From contig MCFE01000294.1 of the NCBI GenBank assembly GCA_002104905.1, forward strand, positions 37,839 through 101,838: a DNA stretch of 64,000 nt, given 5' to 3'. Source of the DNA: Basidiobolus meristosporus CBS 931.73 (Eukaryota; Fungi; Basidiobolomycota). Made by a program: the position numbers and the translations under genes. Shown one piece after another: positions 51,871-63,772 of the stretch. The notes below the pieces were generated by a model. The model was not told the origin of the DNA. It saw only the letters and a program-made list of their open reading frames with translations, and searched no databases. The stretch's first letter is position 1, and every line of letters begins with the position of its first letter.

Positions 51871-54800
51871 ATGTCTCAGCCCCTAAAGAGAACGAAGTTG
51901 GAGAATTGGCGGCTACGGGTGGAGCGTGGCCGCCAAGTATGGCACTATCTCCAAAGCGAATGCGAGACGGAACAGTGGCCTCAAACCGATTCGGATCGAT
52001 ATTGGTTAGGCCTGCAGTTGGTAAGTACGGAGCGGATCAGATGTAGAGGGCATAGAGTGAACATGTTTAACTCCATGATAGAAGGATGATCGCCCCTTGT
52101 CGCCACCAAAAACCCCGTTGGACGCCGCACGCAACGGCTTTGAATTCTATAAACGACTTCAAACAGAAGATGGTCATTGGGCTGGGGAATACGGTGGACC
52201 GAACTTCTTGATCCCTGGATATGTCTTTACCATGTACATCAGCAAGTCGGCGATTCCGGAGCATGAGCGCATGGAGCTTCTACGATATCTACTGAATATC
52301 GCTAACGAGGATGGTGGCTGGGGAATGTAAGTGGCTTGTCGGTGTCGGCCGTCCATGACATACTCTACTGAGCAAGTGTTTCGGCCCTGTCATTTAGCCA
52401 TACCGAAGGAGTGTCCACAGTGTTCGGAACCGCCCTGAACTACACTTGCTGCCGACTCCTAGGGTTGGATCCGGATGATCGAGCTTTGGTTAATGCGCGT
52501 GGCACCTTGCATAAACTTGGTAGGGGCTTCAATCGTCCTGTCAACGTTCGCACTTTCACTCACCACCGCCGCAGGAGGAGCCACAGGGATCCCTTCGTGG
52601 GGGAAATTTTGGCTCTCGTGTCTCAACGTATACGACTGGGACGGAATGAACCCGGTGCCTCCAGAGCTGTGGTAACTTGCCATTTCAGTAACCCTGTCGC
52701 TTCCCCAGGATTGACGGAATTATCAGGTTGCTACCCACCTGGCTACCGTTCCACCCATCCCGCTGGTGGGTGCATACACGAATGGTATACCTTCCAATGG
52801 GCTTGCTGTATGCAAAACGGTGTAAGGCGGAGGTGACTGATCTGATTCGGGAAGTGAGAGAAGTAACGTGTCAGTTTGCAAATGATCCAGCCCCTGCCAC
52901 TGTAATCGTGACAACTCCGTGGATATTATAGGAGCTTTACGGCCAGCCGTACAGCAGTATAGAATGGAAGAAGCAGCGAAGCAACATATCGCCGGCTGAT
53001 GCCTACTATCCTCACACCAGTCTTCTGAAGGTGCTCTACTCCTTTGCATCCGCATACGAGTGTGTCGCGCTCAAATCGCTGCGGCAGATGGCTCTGGATG
53101 AATCTTGGCGGCAGATCAAAATGGAGGATGAGAACACCGGCTATGGCAATCTGGCCTCTGTATGATTGAGGTTTCGTTTCATCATGTGGAAAGACTGTCG
53201 TTGAATGTTTGGTGCTGCAGGTTAACAAGGTCATGAATATGCTTTGCACCTACTTCCAAGAAGGCCCCGACTCCGCCGCGTTCATGAAGCACAAGGAAAA
53301 ATGCCGGGAGTATTTGTGGTACTGCTCGTATGGTATGGCCTCCATATCCGGATGATTGATGCTGATTCATGCAGGATGTCTGGCAAAGGGATGCTGTTCA
53401 ATGGAACCGACGGATCTCAGGTGTGGGACACATGTTGGGTGATACAAGCAGTGTGCGAAGGAGGTTCGTCTAACCAGGTGACTCATCGACATTCTCACTA
53501 ATCCATTACGTCAGGCTTGGCGACAGAGGGAGCTTTCCAAGAGTCCATGCAGCGTGCGCTCGACTTTTTAGATACTCAACAGGTAGGTAAGCAATGCATG
53601 TCAGCCGCCAAGTCCAGAGTCCCATTGTATCTTTGCAATAGATAAGAAATGACCCGCCAAACAGAGAGAGCTGCTACCGCGACGCCACAAAAGGCGCGTG
53701 GCCATTCAGCAAAGTCGATCAGGGGTACACATTATCTGACTGCACTGCTGAAGCCATCAAATGCGTCTTCTTGCTGCAGGAACTGGAGTAGGCCTTCAGT
53801 AATAGCGATTGCTGAGAAAAATCTCACCACTGACCCTAGCAAACCCGTAGGTTTATCCAACCGCGAGTGAGTGAGTCGCGTTTGTGCGAAGCCGTTGATA
53901 TTTTGCTATCGTTGCAAAACGCAGACGGCGGCTTTTCCACCTACGAAAAAACTCGAGGACCGTTTTTGTTGGAGACCATCAATCCAGCGGAGGTGTTTGG
54001 TACATTCGGGCCTTGTCCATTGGAATTGTACGCATATTCACGATGAGTTTCAGGGAATATCATGATCGAGTATAGCTACGTGGAATGCACCACTGCTTCT
54101 GTATTGGGTCTGAGTGCTGCCAAGAAAAGGTATCCTACATATCGTACTTCCGAAATTACGTAAGCTCTTCAAGAATGGTCCGATCTACGTCCCAGTCCCC
54201 ACTCATTTCGAATTAGAAACGCGATCGAAGGTGGATTCCAGTTCATCAAACAGAGCCAACGACCGGATGGAAGTTGGTATGGCTCATGGGCGATCTGCTT
54301 TACTTATGGTACCTGGTTCGGTTTGGAAGCGCTGGCCAACGCTGGAGAGTTCTATGAGAACAGGTAATATCTCGCTGTGACAATACCAAGGCCGATTGAA
54401 TTTGACCGAGCAAATTAGCGAGCACGCGCGTAAAGCTTGTGATTTTCTAGTGTCCAGACAAAAGGACGATGGGGGTTGGGGTGAGACTTACAAGGTAGTT
54501 TTTGGCATTGGAGTCTTTGAGGGCTTGGCTAATGATTTATTTTGTCCAGTCTTGTGAGACACACGTATATCAACAGCATCCGAAATCGCAAGTAGTGAAC
54601 ACTTGCTGGGCGTTGCTTGGCTTGATGGCATCCAGATACCCGGACGCAACTCCAATTAAGCGTGGAATACAGGTTTGCCTCAATCCAGCCCGAGCTTGCA
54701 AAACCAAATCGCTAATACCATGTAGCTTTTGATGGCACGCCAGCTACCCAACGGAGAATGGCTCCAGGAGTCTATTGAAGGGGTCTTCAACAGAAATGCA

Positions 54801-54896
54801 ATGATCAGCTATCCTAATTACAAGTTCGCATTTCCTGTCTGGGCATTATCGAGATTTAGTAAAGCATATGGAAACCCGGAGATGGCGATTGCTTAG
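51871..54896 (+). CDS. ERG7: Oxidosqualene cyclase (lanosterol synthase family), 16 exons / 15 short introns
   Basis: [44 protein letters not shown]-type repeats, [13 protein letters not shown] manual splice through all GT-AG introns gives an uninterrupted frame. Orthology to ERG7 is not proven. Confidence 0.9.
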
Positions 54897-57349
54897 ATGC
54901 TTATGCCAGTGACTTAGAACCACTATTGGAGCCCTGTGTGCCTCATTTCACATTTAATGCGAATAAGCTCATTAAATATCGGCTTTTTATTCTTCGAAGG
55001 GAGAGGGTGATTTGTTTTTTAATTTATCCATCAGTTGAACGGTGTTAGCAGCACCTCAGAGGCCAGTAGGAGTAGAAATGTGCACCCATCAATGTTGCAC
55101 GTTGCTTCGAGCCCAAAAGGGTTCCAAGCTATGGCTGCTAGATGTAACAATTGTTTTGCTGGCCTGGTTGTAGGTAATCCACATACCTCGATAAATCAAT
55201 GTGTTTCTGCTTGGGAATCCAGCTGATTGCTCACCTATATTACCAGATTGAACATGATTCACAATGGCGTACTTTACACAACTTTAGACTCGGTGTGTGT
55301 AGAAGTGGCATCGAAGGAGAAGAACATGGCACACTAGACCCGTTATATACATATCATTCGAAAGAGAGCCACCCAACGCAACGAAATCTAGAGATACCTT
55401 TCCTAATATCACTATTTTGAGGCAGACTCTGCTAACCTACTGCTCGTGCCAGAAGGAAGCTATTGCACCACAGGCTTCGCTTAGCGGTGGCAACAACTGT
55501 AAGTAGCACGCACCCCGATTTCCAGCCAACCAATGTTAGTAATAGCATGTCGGAGTACTCAATGATAGGAAAGTACAGTATGCTTAGAAGCTCACTCCTG
55601 AACGATGAGTGGTCTGCTATTGCCATCCAGTAGCCCTGCTTGTTCCGTTGGTTGGCATTAAACGTTAAGCCAGTTGGCCAAATGATTAGTAAAGTAAAAT
55701 CCTATGGGCCAGATTTTTTATGGTGGTGCTATCTAACCACTAGTGAATGTGTGGGTCAGAATCTCAGAACGATGTACAGGCGAAAACATGGGGAACGAAG
55801 TTCGTGCAAAGCAACAGCGAGTAAAGTGGAGAATGACGGATTGGCATAAATAGGGGAATTCAAGGAGACCCTAACTAAATCTTCAGTCTTCGGCTTGGGA
55901 CGCCATGAGTGCGACTGTGGCTAAGAAAACCTGTTCAAGCTGAGCATAGATGAGCGCATGGTTACTAGGTCCGTGAAACAGCCATATTTTCTCAATTAGC
56001 AATGAATTTCGTTCATTGAACAGCTCAGCGCTTCTGGTTGACTGACATAAACGCTTCCATGGGAGTCTGTTAGTGGATAGGACTGCAGAGCTTAAACGGC
56101 CTCCTTCGAAGCCCCATGGGAACGTGTGTCTGTTCCAAGTAAGTCCGTACGTAGCTCGTAATAATATGAATTACGGCAAATATTGTGGAGATGTTGTGAA
56201 AGTAGCATTCATTACTGAATACATTGTCCAGTTGTTCTCGGTCGATCTGATGTCTAATTGATCAAGAAGGTTGGCCGATTGCGTGCGTTCACTGGATACT
56301 TGTGATTTAAGGCTATAGCAAATGAGCGGTAATTCAACCACGCCACTTCCGGGTGGGGGCACCACTTCGCCATTAGCCTGTCTACAGCTATCAGGAGAGC
56401 ATGACAAGTAGAAATGCATACGATAGGAGTCATGAGAAAGGTACGATCCGGGATACTGAAGTTTGTCGAGCAAGCACATATATTCATGCCTTCCTAACCC
56501 AACAGGTAGCGCTCTAATATGGTAACTCCCTATCACAACAGTAGCGGGCAAATCGATTGGGTTTTCCTACCCCACTTTTCAGTCAATAAAGCATCGGACG
56601 GGGCCAAATCAGACGCACTCTATAGCATCGTTGGCATCCCCTTGTAACGTACAAGGTGGTGAACCCGGATCCCTATTCAATATGACGTTTGCGCCCATGC
56701 CACGATTTTATCTGGCGTATTTCGGTTACAATGTCTCCAAGGAAGGGGCTTCTTTCCTTCGCAGAAGGGGTAATCATCTTTTTGGACCTATTGAAGATAT
56801 GGCAATATAACACCCGTCATAGTACTGGAAAGATCAATGTCTCTCCGTCACCATCGAAGCACAGGCAGAGTTGATCGCTATGCGCAATACATCGATCTTC
56901 TCCCAAAATACCAAATACACCTTGGATTCCTGGCCCTATAAACCAGTTACTGGGTTTTACAACTGCAATAGCCTAGTTCCTCTGAAATGTCGTACACCTA
57001 TCGAAATTTGCAGGCAACACTCGTGTGCCATGCGTAAGTAAGCCCAGGTGGAAGTTACGTAAACACACACCAACAGCTGAACTAATTCAAATGAACGCAG
57101 TCACGCTACCTAACTGCAAAGGTGTACCACCGAAGTGCCCAGATTACCCATACTTTAGTTCAATTTGTACGCTGCTATCTCCGAGGTATTGTAAGTAAAG
57201 TGATATGGGTGCTACATGATATATTAATGATGCATTCGGATGCGAATCCGGTTATATGGATATAATGTCACGCTGAGCCTGGTGCAAAAGCAAGGGTTCC
57301 GATTTGCTTCAGTAATCAGCAGTGGGAAAATGGTTCTTTGCCGTCTCAG

Positions 57350-57358
57350 TATATATAT
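57350..57358 (+). promoter_or_regulatory. Candidate TATA element for the lysozyme gene
   Basis: TATATATAT about 45-50 bp upstream of ATG 57403. Confidence 0.35.
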
Positions 57359-57402
57359 CGGTTATTCCATACCATGAAGAGGCACCTAATCCATCTGTGA
57401 CT

Positions 57403-57894
57403 ATGCAGTTCAGCAGCAAGGGAGAGAATCTACTGAAAGCCATCGAAGTGCTTTCTTTGCAACCGTATGATGATCAAAAGGGTTTGAGTTCAGCACCAAT
57501 CAAGAGCTGGGTTGCTGGCGCCACCATTGGATACGGCCATTTGATTCCCAGTTCTCAATGGAGCAAGTACAAGAATGGGATCACCAAGGCTGAGGCGGAC
57601 GCCCTTTTCCAAGCCGATCTTAAGCCCTTTGTACAGGCAGTCAACGATTCAGTAAAAGTAAAGCTTCAGCAGCAGTTTGACGCTTGCGTGCTTCTTTGCT
57701 TCAACATTGGAGCTAGTGCTTTCAAGACCTCATCGGTGGTGAAAATATTGAATGGACAGACAACTACCTATCCTTCTCTGGAGGCCGCTTGGAAAGCCTG
57801 GAATAAAAGCCAAGGAAAGGTGAGCGCTGGGTTGGTTAACAGAAGAAATGCCGAATGGAAGATCTATACCCAAGGGATATACGAAAAGTGGTAG
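57403..57894 (+). CDS. GH24 phage-type lysozyme (muramidase), 163 aa, intronless
   Basis: AIEVLSLQPYDD (Glu...Asp), GATIGYGH, QFDA, FNIG and GLVNRRNAE. The first in-frame ATG is at 57403. Confidence 0.88.
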   Translation: MQFSSKGENLLKAIEVLSLQPYDDQKGLSSAPIKSWVAGATIGYGHLIPSSQWSKYKNGITKAEADALFQADLKPFVQAVNDSVKVKLQQQFDACVLLCFNIGASAFKTSSVVKILNGQTTTYPSLEAAWKAWNKSQGKVSAGLVNRRNAEWKIYTQGIYEKW

Positions 57895-58529
57895 TCATTA
57901 CGCTAATGCGTAGCCCTACCACACCAATACCTTGATGTCAAACATATCAGCCAATAAACTTCCTATCGCACATGAAATCTTTAGTCCAGATATCATCCAG
58001 AGATGGCCAAATACCTATCACTAACCGGTGCCACTTGTATAAACTTGACTGCCTCGTACCTGACAGCCACAATCAGATATAGCAATGATCTGCTTACTGC
58101 TAACAATACCATTTGCCAACAAGTCGTAGTTAAATAAGTGCTAGATGTTGGTGACACATAGATACTAACCCGTGTCACGGAGTCCCCAAGGGTCCAACTT
58201 CTGTTGGTTGATAAAGCAATTATATTGCTTGATACTGTATGAATGATGACTTATGTGTGCTGCTGGGATTGTCTTCAAGCTATGAGAAGGTCTAATTAGA
58301 TGACCTAGGTAAAGATAGCTACTCTTACTGTTCTAGATATTTGAATCTGATTTGCCGGCTCCTTTTTGCAACATCCTTTTCTTTAGGTATTTTCCAGATT
58401 ATTATTGAATAATCATATCAATACTTGTATACACGGATTCCTGAAGTTTGATGACGTAGGTAGACTCTCAAATAACTTGCATATATACAGTTACTTTAGT
58501 CCTCATTGTTGACAATACTGTAAGAGTAT

Positions 58530-59241
58530 TGGTGGTATTGAAAGTGATTGGGACCACAAGTAGACTCAGTGGTTTTGACTTAACAATCAATTGATTGTGG
58601 AAGTGGTATTTATACTTTTACATGATCTTGTCAGTAAAAACACATATATTATGTTCAGAACAATCTCAGAAGCATATGTGCAAAGCTTGCGGTTCTTTGG
58701 ACAACTCTGAGATTTCTTAGATTCTGTGCACCAGATGTTTTGCTGAGAAATATTCTAAGTAGATGTTGTAAGATTCTTCAAGATATCTTCAGTGATTGGG
58801 AGAGCATATAGATCATGTGGCTTTCACTTACTGATTGATTGAATGAAAAGAAATATTTATACTTTGACATGGTCTTGGCAAAACAAATGTAAAGAATTTA
58901 CTTAGAAAGCACCAAAGAGCAGGTGGAATTACAAATTTTTACAACACTCCCACTCAACTAAATGTTCATACTGACTAGTCCTAATTCTGACCTAAGATAT
59001 TCAAATTTGCCTATTGCTAATGGTCTGGTTAATGTGTCTGAAAACATTTCATATCTATGACAGTGAACTGGGTCAGCTTTGTTATGCTGTAAAAGTTTAT
59101 AATTCCACCTAAATATTCACCTCACTTAGTCACTTAGATCATTACCTATGTATCTTAGAGAATAGTGACCAAATTCCTTGTTAGGATTTAGTTAGAATAT
59201 TTATACCAAAATATCAGGTACCCAGAACATGAAAATTAACA
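58530..59241. mobile_element. Copia LTR fragments and RNase H/PPT end
   Basis: Minus-strand LTR pieces to 58945 preceded by PPT GAGTGGGAG; plus-strand LTR piece 59086-59241. Confidence 0.75.
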
Positions 59242-59783
59242 CCCTATGCAAAATCATTTGGTCCCGCAGGTGGATCCAATCCAGATCAGCTGTCAGGATC
59301 CTGTTTAGAGACTGTCATAATACCAGCAACTTGGAATTAGTGACCCTCTAAACAATCTCATAACAGGATCACAGCAGCATTTTGCTAATTCTACTGCCAA
59401 ATAAAGTTATAAAACTTGACAAGATTTGATTGGTGCTGTGACAATAATTGCATGGCATTGTTGCAGTATTATTGTGCTCTACAACTATTTAAATGGATAC
59501 AACCAGCCGGGACATCCAATTGCCTTATATGGCAAAAAATGTGACGGTAATTCAATGGCCTCATAACCAGACTCTAATAGCAATATAACAGCAGTATGGT
59601 AGCCTACAGCTAGTTCCATATAATGCTACCATACCAATTTACCAAATGGTATTTCCTTTTTCTACCTCCCCTTGTGCAACTCATATAGTCCACTGTAGAA
59701 TCACCCCTCTTCATTTGCCTACCCACTTGTTGTATCCAAGAGAAAGTGTAATAAAACTCTTGAATGGTTTAACTGAACCAAAG
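59242..59783 (-). mobile_element. CMC transposon right-arm fragment with terminal CCCTATG
   Basis: Reverse complement of ~22290-22817; it interrupts a copia LTR. Confidence 0.7.
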
Positions 59784-60424
59784 GGACAATTAAGTGCAGA
59801 ATCTTTGAATTGTCAGAGAGTGGCGGAAATATTAGCAGAAAGATTCTGATCTAATATTGGTCTTGGATATAGCTGGGTTGGCTATAAAGGCAATGATATT
59901 TGTTTGCTAGGCAGGCTAGGCTTGGTGTTCTTTGGAGTGCTAGATATACTAGGCTTGGATAGAAACTAGAACGGAATTGTTGGATTCTTATTTTTGCTGA
60001 GACAGAATCTTAATTTTGTTGAGACACACACTAAACCAAAAGGTTCAGTACACTTTATTTATACTTTTCTGATCAAGTTGAATTAGTAAGTGCCAAGGGA
60101 CTGGATTGATTGAAATCAATTTGGGTGTTCATAGGTGCATAAGATAAATGAAAATTACATCATCAATCAACTGATGTCTTGGCAACTGCACAGTGGTTGG
60201 ATAGATCTCAGATGACTAATCACCTGGGAAGGCTTGGCAGATAGGTTGATAACGTGATGACCATTTGAAAATAGATCAGGTGTGATAGCTAAAAATAGAT
60301 TCAGAGGTGGGATCAAATAAACTGTAACTGGGATTTGTTATGTTTGGGTTAGGGAAAATCAGTTAGGGTACTAGATTTTCAAACTGAGTAAAATTGGCAA
60401 AGTTTTAAATGTTGATGCACAACA
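59784..60424 (-). repeat. 3' LTR of the chromovirus
   Basis: TGTTGTGC starts right after PPT GGAAGGGAGTGA, which overlaps the pol stop; homologous to 6943-7561. Confidence 0.85.
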
Positions 60425-62938
60425 TCACTCCCTTCCAGAAGAGGAGTTTTTTGATACCTTCTGGGTTCCTCTGTGGCTCCAATACTGATTGATAATGGCA
60501 ACATCATCAAAGTTGGCGTAAGGTTCCCAGGTGTTGTGTCTGGCATCATAGCCTTTCCACTTGACTAAATAAAGGCAATTTGGTTCTTCTCCATCATGGT
60601 CCAAAATAGCTTCAACTTCATAGGATTCCAAAGTTACTGGGTCTTGAGAAATAAGTTTGAGTGAGGAAGGTGGAAAGTTTTTTGGTAGCAGTGCTCCAGT
60701 GTTATCTTGAAGTACATAAGATCCTCCAGTAGTGCGTCTGACAACCTTGAATGGTCCTTCATACTTGGGGTCAAGCTTAGATTGCCGGATTGGATCTAGT
60801 GTCATGACATATGACCCATCTGGGAAGCTGCTGTTCCTGTGTCTTGAGGCGTACGTTGAAGTCATCTTTTGCTGAGAGGCCTTACTTCTGGCACTGATAG
60901 CAGGGTAGACAATGTTGGTAAGGTACTCAAGCCGGTTCTTTAGCTTATCTGTATTCAAACTTGCTAACTCTGTATTCTGGTAGTCTCCAAAGTGGTTGTA
61001 TCTTCTTCCAAACATCAAGGAAAATGGGGTTGATCCATGTAGAGCGGCAATTTTGGTGTTGATAGCATACTGTACAGTCGGAATGTACTTGTCCCAATTC
61101 TTCTTGATACCTTTGATAGATTTCCTGATGATGTTCACTGAGGTCTGAACATGTCTTTCAGCCAGTCCATTAGCTTTGGGATGATATGGAGTGATCAGAC
61201 AATGATCAATGGCGCTATTCTGGCAAAGGGCTTTGATCACGTGATTCACAAATTCTGTTCCATTATCTGATTGAATGACCTTAGGGAATCCAAAAAGGCA
61301 GAAGAGCTTGAATAGTTCTTGTGCAATAGTGGCCGCATACTTGTCTGGGATGGCTTTGAGGAAGACAAAACGTGTGCAGACATCCACAATTACAAAGAGG
61401 TAGTGATTACCATCATCACTAGTGGTGAAAGGTCCAGCTAGATCAATTGCAATATGATCCATAGGAAGGCTTGCATGGATGGGGCTCAAAGGGTGAAATC
61501 CATGCTGGCTGATATTGTAAAGTTGACATTCCCTGCATGACTTGACAAATTCTAAGCAGTCAACTTTGATATTTGGCCAGTGATATCCATCAGAGTGTAG
61601 CTTCTTCATAAGTGTGTCAGCTCCAAAGTGGCCAAGTAAATGACTCCTCTGTATCAATGTTTTCCTTTGTTCTTCAGGTGGGATTTTCCAAGTTGCTGAA
61701 TCCAGTTGAGGAATTATTTTGGAAGTTGCAGAGAGTTTACTGATTACATCAGTAATCACATGTCCCTCCCAAGGTGAAGTTGGAAAAAGTCTTGACAGGT
61801 GGTCAGGAAGGATGTTGAGAATTCCTGGGCGATGAATAACTGTATATTCATAATCAAGTAGAGTATCAAGCCAGTTGGTAAGCATTGGAGTCAGAGTCTT
61901 CTGAGTGTGGATATAGACAAGGGCTTGGTGGTCAGTATACAAGGTAAAAGGTTTACCCCATAGATACTGATGAAACTTCTTCAAGGCAAAGACTATGGCA
62001 AGTAGCTCCTTCTTGGTAGCAGAGTAGTTTCTCTCAGCAGGTTGTAGGGACCTGGCTTGGAAAGAGATCCAGTGAGGTGGATTTTGGTCTTCATCTTGAT
62101 AGAGGACTGCCCCTAACCCAACATTAGATGCATCTGTAGCAACAACAAAGGGCTTAGTAAAGTCTGGGTAGGATAAGGTGGGTGCTTGTGGAAGCAGTTG
62201 GCAGAGTGACTCAAAGGCTTGGTCATGAGTCTTGTTCCAGGCTGAGGTGAGATCAGGGCTATGGCGTAATGCATCTAATGGGGCACTCAATGAGGACATG
62301 AGTGGTATGTGTTCCCTGAAATAGTTGAATACTCCAAGATAATGTTGAAGTTGCTTGGCGCTAGTGGGTTTTGGCCATTCTGGGATATTGACCAGTTTGA
62401 AAGGATCTAATTGGTGGCCAGCTGGTGTGACTATAAATCCAAGTAGATTGATTTTGAGGCGGGCAAAACTGCACTTTTCAGCATTGAGAATCAGTCCAGC
62501 AGTTGTCAGTCTGTTGATTACATCAGTGACATGGGTTGCATGATCATCACGGTTAGTGGAGAATATGATGACATCATCAACAAATACCAATGCATATGGT
62601 GCATTCTTGAGTATTATAGTCATGACTCTCTGAAACTTGCTGGTAAGTGTCTTTAGGCCAAAGAGAGCTCCCTGAAACATCCATTGCATATTATTCCAAG
62701 TAAAGGCAGTCTTATGCTGATGATCAGGATGGATCTGGAATTGGTGATATGCATCCTTCAAGTCCAACTTGGAGAATACTTTTACTCCAGATAGTGCGGA
62801 AAAGATATCTTGGATTCTTGGAATTGTAAACTTGTCATCTTGGAGAAGCTTGTTCAGAGGTCTGGGGTCCAAACAGGGTCTCTTCAGGGTTAGATTTCCA
62901 TCAGCATCTTTTTTTGGTGCAAGCGTCAAAGGGCTGTA
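60425..62938 (-). mobile_element. Ty3/gypsy chromovirus pol (RT-RNase H-integrase-chromodomain), open but 5'-truncated
   Basis: 834-codon ORF with SKLDLKDAYHQ, VFVDDVIIFS, TDASNVGLGAVL, HLLGH...C..C, SDNGTEF, GLAER and YEVEAIL...YLVKWKGY. No gag, protease or RT N-terminus upstream. Confidence 0.95.
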
Positions 62939-63064
62939 GGGGAGGGAAAGTCACCAAGGTAGGTGAAATCTTTATTTGATTTCAGACAAGTCTAACTACA
63001 AATAAAGAAGCCAGCTGGGAATAGAAGATTCCCAAAGTAAATACCAAGTAGAATATGAATAAAT

Positions 63065-63772
63065 CTAAGCTAAAGTTAAGGCAGTATCCCAGAGTACACT
63101 GGAGTTCAGGTTCATGGGGGAATGAAGTAGATAAGCTTGAGAGATATAATAATCTTTGAGGAAGTGGGTAACAGCAGGTGAAGGGGAGTTTTTGATAAGT
63201 GAAGTGAATCTTGAGAGCAGAGATTCCTCTAATGAGAAGGTCTTGTAAACTGGAGAATCAGGAAACTCTTTAAAGGCATGGTCAGTAGGTTCCCAGTAAA
63301 ACTGGTCAGAGACATTTTGAGAGAACTCTTTAGCAATACTTTTGTCAAGTACTACCTCCAGAGTGTGATTGTTGATAAATCTCATGTTAACAATCTTGGA
63401 TAAATTGTAACCTTGTTGCTTGAGATACATCCTATGCTCAGATATAGGAATAAACTCCACATTGGCAAAGTAGCAGACAGCCCAGTCAGTAGCAGGAGGC
63501 AAATCAGAAGTGGCAGGAAACTTTCTTTTAGTCTTGGGAGGAGCAGCAGGATGTTGTGAGGAAGCAGGAACAGGCTTTTTGACAGCTTCAGAGTAGGAAG
63601 AGTGAGCAGGAGCAGATGATTCTTGGGGAGTCTTGTTGACAAGAACAGCTGGCAGAGAGACAATAGATTCTTGCAGATCAGAGAAGGCAGAAAACAGCTT
63701 TTGAACTTGTTTCTTGAGTAAAGCATTTTCAGCTTCAACAAGTGCAAGCCTTTCCTCAAGGAAGGAAATCTT
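63065..63772 (-). pseudogene. Start-less 235-codon open frame, coiled-coil plus globular domain, retroelement ORF1/gag-like
   Basis: No stop from the telomere junction to TAG at 63065. Heptad region KISFLEERLALVEAENALLKKQVQKL, then a linker with SYSEAVKK, then WAVCYFANV...IVNMRFINNHTLEVVL. Family assignment is a resemblance only. Confidence 0.55.

Noticed and set aside
57322-57402. GTG-initiated N-terminal extension of the lysozyme as a signal peptide
   Set aside because: Non-ATG start, it overlaps the TATA-like run, and the hydrophobic core is poor. GH24 similarity begins at ATG 57403. An upstream spliced exon is not excluded without RNA data.
62939-63064. Penelope-type hammerhead ribozyme in the terminal cassette's 3' region
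   Set aside because: No CUGANGA...GAAA core in the right arrangement; only simple hairpins are seen.
60425-63772. Reading the terminal ORF plus pol as one natural gag-pol element
   Set aside because: pol lacks protease and the start of RT, and the upstream ORF has no Ty3 capsid or zinc-knuckle features. A chimeric junction fits better.
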